A stretch of 64,000 bases of DNA. Source: Eledone cirrhosa (Eukaryota). The position numbers and the translations under genes were made by a program. Location: positions 3,348,001-3,412,000 of the forward strand of contig OZ024757.1 of the NCBI GenBank assembly GCA_964016885.1, written 5' to 3'. This document shows, piece by piece, positions 30,001 through 41,359 of the stretch. The notes under the pieces were generated by a model. The model saw only the letters and a program-made list of their open reading frames with translations. It made no database searches and was not told the origin of the DNA. Every line of letters starts with the position of its first letter. Within the stretch, counting starts at the first letter, position 1.

Positions 30001-33000
30001 AGTATCAAAGCTGTGATCACTCAATTCAGAGTTTCTTTTCTGAGACATTCTAACCACATGTCTGTAGTATCAGCGCTGTGATATCCCAATTCAGAGATTC
30101 TTTCCTCAGACATTCTAACCAGATGCCTGTAGTATCAGAGCTGTGATCTCTCAATTCAGAGATTCTTTCCTGCGACGTTCTAACTACATGTCTGTAGTAT
30201 CAGAGCTGTGATCTCTCCATTCAGAGATTCTTTCCTGAGACATTCTAACCACATGTCTATAGTATCAGAGCTGTTATCTCTCAATTCAGAGATTCTTTCC
30301 TGAGACATTCTAACCCCATGGCTGTACTATCAGAGATGTGATCTCTCAATTCAGAGATTCTTTCCTGAGGCATCCTAACCACATGTCTGTAGTTTCAGAG
30401 CTGTGATCTCTCAATTCAGAGATTCTTTCCTGAGATATTCTAACCACATGTCTGTAGTATCAGAGCTGTGATCTCTCAATTCAGAGATTCTTTCCTGCGA
30501 CGTTCTAACTACATGTCTGTAGTATCAGAGCTGTGATCTGTCAATTCAGAGATTCTGTAGTATCAGATCTGTGATCTCTCAATTCAAAGATTCTTTCCAG
30601 AGATATTCTTACCACATGTCTGTAGTATCAGAGCTGTGATCTCTCAATTCAGTGATTCTTTCCTTAGACATTCTAACCACATGTCTGTAGTATCAGAGCT
30701 CTCATCTCTCAATTCAGAGATTATTTCCTGAGACATTCTAACCACATGTCTATAGTATCAGAGCTGTGATCTCTCAACTCAGAGATTCTTTCCTGAGACA
30801 TTCTAACCACATGTCTATAGTATCAGAGCTGTGATCTCTCTATTCAGAGATTCTTTCCTGAGACATTCTAACCCCCAATCTGTAGTATCCGCGTTGTGAT
30901 CTCTCAATTCAGAGATTTTTTTCTCAAACATTCTAACCACATTTCTATAGTATCAGAGCTGTGATTTGTCAATTCTGAGATTCTTTCCTGAGGCATTCTA
31001 ACCACATGTCTATAGCATCATAGCTGTGATATCTCAATTCAGAGATTCTTTCCTGAGACATTCTAACGACATGTCTTAAGTATCAGAGCTGTGATCTCTC
31101 AATTCAGAGATTCTTTCCAGAGACATTCTAACCCATGTCTATAGTATCAGAGCTGTGATCTCTCAATTCAGAGATTCTTTCCTGAGACATTCTAACTACA
31201 TGTCTGTAGTATCAGAGCTGTAATCTCTAAATTCAGAGATTCTTTCCAGAGACATTCTAACCACATGACCATAGTATCAGAGCTGTGATCTCTCAATTCA
31301 GAGATTCTTTCCAGAGACATTCTTACCACATGTCTATAGTATCAGATCTGTGATCTCTCTATTCAGAGATTCTTTCCTGAGACATTCTAACCTCATGTCT
31401 ATAGTATCAGAGCTGTGATCTCTCAATTTAGAGATTCTTTCCTGAGACATTCTAACCACATGTCTATAGTATCAGAGCTGTGATCTCTCAATTCAGAGAT
31501 TCTTTCCTGAGACATTCTAACCACATATCTGTAGTATCAAAGCTGTGATCACTCAATTCAGAGATTCTTTCCTCACACATTCTAACCACATGTCTATCGT
31601 ATCAGAGCCTTGATCTCTCAATTCAGAGTTTCTTTTCAGAGACATTCGAACCACATGTCTGTCGTATCAGCGCTGTGATATTCCAATTCAGAGATTCTTT
31701 CCTCAGACATTCTAACCAGATGCCTGTAGTATCAGAGCTGTGATCTCTCAATCCAGAGATTCTTTCGAGAGACATTCTAACCACATGACTGTGGTATCAG
31801 AGCTGTGATCTCTCATTTCAGAGATTCTTTCCCAAGATATTCTAACCACATATCTATTGTATCAGGGCTGTGATCTATCAATTCAGAGATTCTTTCCAGA
31901 GACATTCTAACCAGATCTCTGTAGTATCAGAGCTGTGATCTCTCAATTCAGAGATTCAATCCTGAGACATTCTACCCACATATCTGTAGTATCAGCTCAG
32001 TGATCTCTCAATTCAGAGATTCTTTTCTCAGACATTCTAACCACATTTCTATAGTATCAGAGCTGTGATCTCTCAATTCAGAGATTCTTTCCTGAGACAT
32101 TTTAACCACATGTCTATATTATCAGAGCTGTGATCTCTCAATTTAGAGATTCTTTCCTGAGACATTCTAACCACATGACTGTGGTATCAGAGCTGTGATC
32201 TCTCAATTCAGAGATTTATTTCCTGAGACATTTTAACCACATGTCTGTAGTATCAGAAGTGTGATCTCTCAACTCAGAGATTCTTTCCTGAGACATTCTA
32301 ACCACATGTCTGTAGTATCAGAGCTGTGATCTCTCAATCCAGAGATTCTTTCCAGAGACATTCTAACCACATGACTGGGTATGAGAGCTGTGATATCTCA
32401 TTTCAGAGATTCTTTCCTGTGACATCCTAACCACATGTCTGTAGTATAAAAGCTGTGATCTCTCAATTCAGAGATTGTTTCCTGAGACATTCTAACCCCA
32501 TGTCTGTACTATCAGAGCTGTGATCTCTCAATCCAGAGATTCTTTCCTGAGACATTCTAACCCCATGTCTGTAGTATCAGAGCTGTGATCTCTCAATTCA
32601 GAGATTCTTTCCTGAGACATTCTAACCACATATCTGTAGTATCAAAGCTGTGATCACTCAATTCAGAGATTCTTTCCTGAGACATTCTAACCACCAATCT
32701 GTAGTATCAGAGCCTTGATCTCTCAATTCAGAGCTTCTTTTCAGAGACATTCTAACCACATGTCTATAGTATCAGAGCTGTGATCTCTCTATTCAGAGAT
32801 TCTTTCCTGAGACATTCTAACCCCCAATCTGTAGTATCCGCGTTGTGATCTCTCAATTCAGAGATTTTTTTCTCAAACATTCTAACCACATTTCTATAGT
32901 ATCAGAGCTGTGATTTGTCAATTCTGAGATTCTTTCCTGAGGCATTCTAACCACATGTCTATAGCATCATAGCTGTGATATCTCAATTCAGAGATTCTTT

Positions 33001-35853
33001 CCTGAGACATTCTAACGACATGTCTTAAGTATCAGAGCTGTGATCTCTCAATTCAGAGATTCTTTCCAGAGACATTCTAACCCATGTCTATAGTATCAGA
33101 GCTGTGATCTCTCAATTCAGAGATTCTTTCCTGAGACATTCTAACTACATGTCTGTAGTATCAGAGCTGTAATCTCTAAATTCAGAGATTCTTTCCAGAG
33201 ACATTCTAACCACATGACCATAGTATCAGAGCTGTGATCTCTCAATTCAGAGATTCTTTCCAGAGACATTCTTACCACATGTCTATAGTATCAGATCTGT
33301 GATCTCTCTATTCAGAGATTCTTTCCTGAGACATTCTAACCTCATGTCTATAGTATCAGAGCTGTGATCTCTCAATTTAGAGATTCTTTCCTGAGACATT
33401 CTAACCACATGTCTATAGTATCAGAGCTGTGATCTCTCAATTCAGAGATTCTTTCCTGAGACATTCTAACCACATATCTGTAGTATCAAAGCTGTGATCA
33501 CTCAATTCAGAGATTCTTTCCTCACACATTCTAACCACATGTCTATCGTATCAGAGCCTTGATCTCTCAATTCAGAGTTTCTTTTCAGAGACATTCGAAC
33601 CACATGTCTGTCGTATCAGCGCTGTGATATTCCAATTCAGAGATTCTTTCCTCAGACATTCTAACCAGATGCCTGTAGTATCAGAGCTGTGATCTCTCAA
33701 TCCAGAGATTCTTTCGAGAGACATTCTAACCACATGACTGTGGTATCAGAGCTGTGATCTCTCATTTCAGAGATTCTTTCCCAAGATATTCTAACCACAT
33801 ATCTATTGTATCAGGGCTGTGATCTATCAATTCAGAGATTCTTTCCAGAGACATTCTAACCAGATCTCTGTAGTATCAGAGCTGTGATCTCTCAATTCAG
33901 AGATTCAATCCTGAGACATTCTACCCACATATCTGTAGTATCAGCTCAGTGATCTCTCAATTCAGAGATTCTTTTCTCAGACATTCTAACCACATTTCTA
34001 TAGTATCAGAGCTGTGATCTCTCAATTCAGAGATTCTTTCCTGAGACATTTTAACCACATGTCTATATTATCAGAGCTGTGATCTCTCAATTTAGAGATT
34101 CTTTCCTGAGACATTCTAACCACATGACTGTGGTATCAGAGCTGTGATCTCTCAATTCAGAGATTTATTTCCTGAGACATTCTAACCACATGTCTGTAGT
34201 ATCAGAAGTGTGATCTCTCAACTCAGAGATTCTTTCCTGAGACATTCTAACCACATGTCTGTAGTATCAGAGCTGTGATCTCTCAATCCAGAGATTCTTT
34301 CCAGAGACATTCTAACCACATGACTGGGTATGAGAGCTGTGATATCTCATTTCAGAGATTCTTTCCTGTGACATCCTAACCACATGTCTGTAGTATAAAA
34401 GCTGTGATCTCTCAATTCAGAGATTGTTTCCTGAGACATTCTAACCCCATGTCTGTACTATCAGAGCTGTGATCTCTCAATCCAGAGATTCTTTCCTGAG
34501 ACATTCTAACCCCATGTCTGTAGTATCAGAGCTGTGATCTCTCAATTCAGAGATTCTTTCCTGAGACATTCTAACCACATATCTGTAGTATCAAAGCTGT
34601 GATCACTCAATTCAGAGATTCTTTCCTGAGACATTCTAACCACCAATCTGTAGTATCAGAGCCTTGATCTCTCAATTCAGAGCTTCTTTTCAGAGACATT
34701 CTAACCACATGTCTGTAGTATCAGCGCTGTGATATCCCAATTCAGAGATTCTTTCCTCAGACATTCTAACCAGATGCCTGTAGTATCAGAACTGTGATCT
34801 CTCAATTCAGAGATTCTTTCCAGAGACATTCTAACCACATGACTGTGGTATCAGAGCTGTGATCTCTCCATTGAGAGATTCTTTCCTGAGACATTCTAAC
34901 CACATGTCTGTAGTATCAGATCTGTGATCTCTCAATTCAGAGATTCTTTCCTGAGACATTCTAACCCCATGTCTGTACTATCAGAGGTGTGATTTCTCAA
35001 TTCAGAGATTCTTTCCTGAGACATCCTAACCACATGTCTGTACTATCAGAGGTGTGATCTCTCAATTCAGAGATTCTTTGCTGAGACATCCTAACCACAT
35101 GTCTGTAGTATCAGAGCTGTGATCTCTCAATTCAGAGATTCTTTCTTGAGACATTCTAACCACATGTCTGTAGTATTAGAAGTTTGATCGCTCAATTCAA
35201 AGATTCTTTCCTGAGACATTCTAACTACATGGCTGTAGTATCAGAGCTGTAATCTCTCAATTCAGAGATTCTTTCCAGAGACATTCTAACCACATGACCA
35301 TAGTATCAGAGCTGTGATCTCTCAATTCAGAGATTCTTTCCAGAGACATTCTAACCACATGTCTATAGTATCAGAGCTGTGATCTCTCCAATCAGAGATT
35401 CTTTCCTTAGACATTCTAACCACATGACCATAGTATCAGAGCTGTGATCTCTCAATTCAGAGATTCTTTTCGCAGACATTCTAACCACATGTCTATAGTA
35501 TCAGAGCTGTGATATCTCCATTCAGAGATTCTTTCCTGAGACATTCTAACCACATGCCTGTAATATCAGAGCTGTGATCTCTCAATTCAGAGATTCTTTC
35601 CTGAGACATTCTAACCACATGTCTGTAGTATCAGAGCTGTGATCTCTCAATTCAGAGATTCTTTCTTGAATCATTCCAACCACATGTCTGTAGTATCAGA
35701 GCTGTGATCTCTCAATTCAGAGATTCTTTCCTGCGACATTCTAACCACATGTCTGTAGTATCAGAGCTGTGATCTCTCAATTCAGAGATTCTTTCCTGAG
35801 ACATTCTAACCACATGTCTGTAGTATCAGAGCTGTGATCTTTCAATTCGGAGA
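1..35853. repeat. 65-bp tandem satellite array (~550 monomers), open at the left window edge
   Basis: Consensus CTCAATTCAGAGATTCTTTCCTGAGACATTCTAACCACATGTCTRTAGTATCAGAGCTGTGATCT. The register recurs at positions 1, 781 and 1561 (steps of 12x65). The array ends abruptly at ~35853. Confidence 0.99.
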
Positions 35854-36059
35854 AGTTGGGGCTCTACTAGGAGTGACTCTCTCATCTCCAAGCCACGTAC
35901 TCTAGTGAGTAATGTTACCCCCAAAACCCTTTGGAGTAACCTCATTTCAGTCTCTTGTATTCGTGATCGTATTCTTTCGGTCATTTTCTAAGACTCTTGA
36001 CTATAGGTAAGGGTTGGTACGAATACCGAACTGAAGACAGCGAGTTTGACTTTTACATC
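35785..36059 (-). pseudogene. Decayed RTE-clade (Expander/Rex3-like) LINE ORF fragment, C-terminal to the RT core, contiguous with the satellite
   Basis: Manual minus-strand translation: DVKVKLAVFSSVFVPTLTYSQES*KMTERIRSRIQETEMRLLQRVLGVTLLTRVRGLEMRESLLVEPQLLRIERSQL*YYRHVVRMSQERIS. This matches the recalled RTE motif series 'PTLTYG.E.W.MTER.RSRIQAAEM.FLRRV.G...EPLLLRIERSQLRW.GH.VRM'. It contains two in-frame stops. Confidence 0.85.
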
Positions 36060-36378
36060 TCCATACTCCTGACCTTTACACCTACTTCTGATTACTGAAT
36101 GTTGAAGCTAGCGGATTACTGCACCAACTCCTGCAATTATTTTGTAATTAAAATACCTGACGACCAGACAATTGTTTTCATTGATACTCAGAGTTTCGTG
36201 ATGGTACCAGATTAATCTGGTGTGCATCAACAATCTTCAGCCTTTCTGAAAATATATGTTTACTGTTTACGGTGCTGAATCCCACTGAAAATGTTATTTT
36301 GAATTTTTTCGATCTAGAGGAGGCAACTCTGGCCGGAAAACAAATTGTGTGTCGAGTATATTTACGTTTTGCCTGACG

Positions 36379-36832
36379 TACTGTCGCATCCCAAATAATA
36401 TGGGGTGGGATGGAATAAGCGGGGGCAGGGATGGAAAATCGGTAATTTTTCTAGGTTGTCTCCGTTCATTTAAAAATCCCCCCAGAATTAGTCGTTTAGT
36501 TTAAATATTGAGACCCCAACCCATCCTATTTATTTTTTAACATATGAGATTTCTAGTAATGTACTTTGTTGTCATGTAGAATGTTTTTGATGTCTAAAGA
36601 AAAGAAATTGTCGCAGAAATGCTACTACTTAAAATATAATTTCGAATGGGATTTCTGTTTTATGTATAATGTTTTTGAATGTCTAAAGAACATTAATTGT
36701 CGCAGGAATGCTTCTACTTAAAATAACATTTTGTCGAAGATAGATTAGTGAAATATAATAAGTGATGGGGTTGGAAAACATAAGAAAAATTAATAAGCTG
36801 AGGGGGCGGGGATTATTCGAGACCCGAGGGTA
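36379..36832. mobile_element. Non-autonomous TIR element (MITE), copy 1
   Basis: Imperfect TIRs TACTGTCGCATCCCAAATAAT ... ATTATTCGAGACCCGAGGGTA. The body is homologous to 38710-39046, and a ~55-bp segment is duplicated internally (~36580 and ~36668). Confidence 0.7.
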
Positions 36833-37533
36833 GCTCGCTGGATCAAGGGGAATTTTCACTGGATATCCTGTCGATATTCCTTGCTGCTGAGCGGGTATCG
36901 TTGTTGTAGCAGCCATCCGGTGGGTATGGGGTGGGTACCAGAATGGGGTGGGGGTGGAGGTGTTGTACGGGGCTGTGTCGCTGATGGAATCTCGTAGACG
37001 TCTGTCTAAGTAGAGGCCTGAAGCGAAGGAGGAATTTTGTGCTGTGTCAGTAACGTTTCCATAATTTGCACCCATCATTAAGGCATTTTCTGGTTGGTTC
37101 CGTCAATATAGAAAATGCTTAGAGACATTAGAAGATAAAGGCCGAAATACTCGCTTGAGGGGGTTTCTTTTCTGAAGATCTTCTGCAGTACTGAGACTTT
37201 CGAACCACTGACAGCTTTACAACATGGCAGCTCCTGTACAGTCTATGTTGAATTGTGACAGATTCAATGTCAGCTCACACTCCAACGTTGCTAGTAACAC
37301 AGTACAACGTGTTGCATGGTTGAGTCGACGGCAAACCTACCAACCTTGCTTTGGTGAGGAAGAAGATCTTTAGACATCCTGCGGGACGATACAAACACAC
37401 ACAGAGACACACAGATACAAATATATATAACAGCACCGTAAGGAAAATAATGGGTTTTCTACCTTAAAGTATGATCACTGTATTTTATATGTGTACAAAA
37501 TAAAAAATACTGTGTTTCCTCTAACGATATATG

Positions 37534-37632
<99 letters not shown>

Positions 37633-38141
37633 GTAAGTGTTATAGGTCCAGACCATGTCAAATTGATGTCTCCAGAAAGAGAACAACTACTTCCAGAGTT
37701 GAACTCAACACCTGAAAACCACATTTTTCATGTTGAGGTTGGTCTTCATTTCAAGATTTTAAGTTCTGGAGAATTCAATATTTTTCACTGGTACAGACTA
37801 GACATTTCTTTGATCCATTGAATTATGGGGTGTCATGGGTCGGTATGCCTGAGCTGGGCTGTGGTGTGGGCGCCTCCTGGCCTCCAAAATGGTTCAAATA
37901 AGTTGTATTTATGACCTCTGTCAGCTAAACTCACTCCCATGTGTCCCCATGATGGCAGTGGTTCAACCTAATTGGGTTGGGTGTGAAAGCGAGAGCTCGG
38001 TGCTATAACCGATGCGATGGTTGGATTGCACTGTCCTAAAGTGCAGACACTTGCAGCTGGGTACCGCTTGTGAGACAAATCACCTGAAGAAACTGCATTG
38101 AAATGAACTTACACTGTGAATTCCTTCGATGAATCTAGCTC

Positions 38142-38273
38142 AACCCACCCCAGGTGAACTGCCGCCATAACCCACCCCGGGTGAACTGCCGTCATAACCC
38201 ACCCCGGGTGAACCACCGCCACTATAACCCACCCCGTGTGAACGCAGTCATAACCCACTCCGGGTAAACGCAG
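38142..38273. repeat. ~27-bp GC-rich minisatellite, about 5 copies
   Basis: Unit AACCCACCCCGGGTGAACTGCCGCCAT. Confidence 0.9.
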
Positions 38274-38467
38274 CCACAATATGTAGAAATATTGATGTAT
38301 GGACTGATCTTTTCTAGAATGTTCCATTTTAATATAAAAGGAGAATATTTATACCCTTCAGATCTCAGAAGTGCTTCAGAAGGGCCGCGGATGTTTCCAT
38401 TTCATTCAACGATGAGATGTCAGCAAAATTTTGGTTTAAACCTTTTAACAAATCTACATACCAGTTA

Positions 38468-38632
38468 TACTAACCAGGGTGAGGTCAATGCTACCATAGC
38501 AACATATCTTACACTGACCAGTGCGAGGTCAAAGTTACCATATCAACATATTTTACACTGACCACTGTTTAGTTAGAGATTCCATAGCAACATATACTGA
38601 CCACTGCTAGGTCAATGTTACCATAGCAACAT
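38468..38632. repeat. ~40-45-bp degenerate minisatellite, about 4 copies
   Basis: Unit ~ACTGACCACTGCTAGGTCAATGTTACCATAGCAACATAT. Confidence 0.8.
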
Positions 38633-38709
38633 TACTTATAAATATCGATTCTGGTTATATTTAATTGATAGTTTGGTATTGGTTCCAGCTTACTGTTCGA
38701 TAAATAAAG

Positions 38710-39046
38710 TACTCTCGGCTCCCAAATAATTGAGAGGGTGGGTGGGGGGTGGGGGGTGCTCAAAATAAGCGGGGGGAGGGGGGATCAGTAATTTTTCTAG
38801 GTTGTCTCCCTTGATTTTTAAAAACCAGAATTAGTCGTTTAGTTTACATATTGAGACCCCCAACCCATCCTATTTATTTTATATGGGATTTCTAGTTATA
38901 TTCTTTTGTTGTCATGTAGAATGTTTTTTAATGTCTAAAGAAAATTAATTGTCGCAGGAATGCTGCTACTTAAAATAATATTTTGCTGGAGACAGATGAG
39001 GAAAATTTAATAAGTGGGATGGGGGAATATTTGAGACCTAAGTCTA
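38710..39046. mobile_element. Non-autonomous TIR element (MITE), copy 2
   Basis: Ends TACTCTCGGCTCCCAAATAAT ... AATATTTGAGACCTAAG. Shares long blocks with copy 1, e.g. GTAATTTTTCTAGGTTGTCTCC and CAGAATTAGTCGTTTAGTTTA. Confidence 0.7.
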
Positions 39047-39070
39047 CCTTATTGACCTCCCATTATATTG

Positions 39071-39122
39071 ACCAGTAATGCACTGGGTAATTGCTGGCCT
39101 TGTGCCAAAAGTAGAAACAATT
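39071..39122 (+). mobile_element. 5'-truncated SINE, 3' end only
   Basis: ACCAGTAATGCACTGGGTAATTGCTGGCCTTGTGCCAAAAGTAGAAACAATT matches the 3' end of the SINEs at 42008 and 56110. Confidence 0.85.
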
Positions 39123-39213
39123 ATATTGATTTCATGAGATTTCATGAGATTTCATACTTGCCTGGTGAAAAGCAGCTCCCTAGTAGACCACATTATAACT
39201 TTATGGCCAATAC

Positions 39214-39292
<79 letters not shown>

Positions 39293-39331
39293 GAGAATAG
39301 GATTGGCTGTGTAATTGCTATTTAAGGTAGC

Positions 39332-39922
39332 TTAAAATGGAGTGAGAATAAGAAGAAAGCAAGGACGGGGAGGGGGGCTCCTCATCAGTTATCTACTGGG
39401 GTCTTGGATATTTAAACGCTTTAAAACAATATATCTACCCACAGAGCGTTCAATAACTGGGTAAGTTATTGGGGAAACGGAGGAGGGATGGAAGGAAAGC
39501 AAAAGGGAAGAAAAGAGAAAACAGCGAAAAAATACAAGAAAGCGGTCAAAGTGCGAGAAAGGAGATCCAAGACGACTGGATAAGGGAACTTAAGTTGAAG
39601 ACTGAGTGTGGGAGACTCACGTCTGACCCCGACGAATGTAAGTGAGAGAAGGAATACTAGGGGTCAGGCGAGGGAAACAATGGAGTGGCTGGCAGAGAGA
39701 GGATGAGTGAAAGTGAGAGGGAGAAAGGGAGAGGAAGAGGGGTAAGAGTAGATAGGGAGAAAGGGAGGGGAAGGATGAGGGGTAAGAGTAGATAGGGAGA
39801 AAGGGAGTGGAAGAGAGGTAAGAGTAGATAGTAATAGGTAGGTGGAGGGACCCCAGTAGACAACTGATGAGGAACCCCCCCCCCTCAATTCTTACTTTCT
39901 TCTTATTCGCATTCCATTTTAA
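39332..39922. mobile_element. Inverted-repeat element with ~70-bp imperfect arms, each containing CTGATGA
   Basis: 39332-39403 is the imperfect reverse complement of 39849-39922 (CTCCTCATCAGTTATCTACTGGGGTC / GACCCCAGTAGACAACTGATGAGGAA). The interior is purine-rich. Confidence 0.65.
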
Positions 39923-40427
39923 CCTATATATATAATTCTTGTCAGAGTTCCACGACCTGCGCATGTATTGTTTTTGGCGGTAGCCTCCTTCCTCCCATTT
40001 TCGGGACAGTGTGAGATTTTCTTTAGAACTGCTGGACTAACAACCTAGCACTCCCCTCAAGCACTAATGGTGATTATCGCTAGATATTGATGTTGATTTG
40101 GTTATCAATATTAATATTATTGAGTACCCACTGAAGATTTATAAGCGCCCACTTGAATAAGTATCTGTTGATCTTATACAAGCTTCTACATAACTTGGTA
40201 TAATTTCATCCAACTTGTAGAAATCTTATAATGAAACGAGTCGTCTGGGAAATGATATATTTGATATATCTCATATGAAATAATACAGCCAATTATCCAC
40301 ACAATACAATATAGTTAGCACCTCAAACGTTTAATTTGGAATATACTCAGGTATTTCCTAATGTTTGTTGAGTGAGTTGGAATTTGGTCGGAGTATCGCT
40401 AATAGCTTTCTCCGTTTATGTATTTAT

Positions 40428-40483
<56 letters not shown>

Positions 40484-40651
40484 TGTCAGTTTTTCCCTTA
40501 GTTTGATAGATTATAATAAGGTGAGATGACTAACAGAGAAATAACTATTAATTATATATACACCCCACGCATGTATGTATATATGTACACACGTATACAC
40601 ACACATACACATATATGTGTGTTGTTTTGTGATATATATGTCTGTAATCGC

Positions 40652-40750
<99 letters not shown>

Positions 40751-41359
40751 ATACAATATACAGGTACTCCTCGTTTAACGAACGGGTTACGTTCCAATGA
40801 CCCGTTCGTTAAGCGAAATGATCGTTAAACGAGTGACTTTCTGCCGACATTGGGTATATAGGCCTGTACAGTACAGTATATATTCTTGATATTGTTTCTT
40901 TATTTCGATTAATAGGTTTTAACTTAAAATCATAAACACAGAACTATAGCTTTTCTTTATAAAGTATATTACTGTACAGTAGTCTTAGTTTTTGTTTTAG
41001 CTGTGGATTTCAAGGTTTTCAAACTTAAGCTAGGCTATATTATGGGCACTGAATAACCTTTCGCTCGGCCAACATTCGTCATATACGTTCAGAATAATTC
41101 TGGATATATTGTTTCTTTATTTTGACTAACTTTAAATCCTATGTTATACATAGCACTATAGCTTTTCTTTATAAAGTATATTAAAGCCTTACTTTTTGTT
41201 TTAGCTGTGGATTTCAAGGTTTTCAAAGCTAGGCTAGGCTACCTTATGGTCACCGAATAGCTTCTCTCTTTAACACTCGGCAATATATTTTTCATGTTAT
41301 CTTTTTATTTTCTCTCTTGTATGATAAGCTATTTACACAATACACATCATATTACAGTA

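Noticed and set aside
1-35853. CRISPR array or repetitive protein gene
   Set aside because: There are no unique spacers and no cas genes. The 65-bp unit is not a multiple of 3, and the ORF track lists no ORF in this region.
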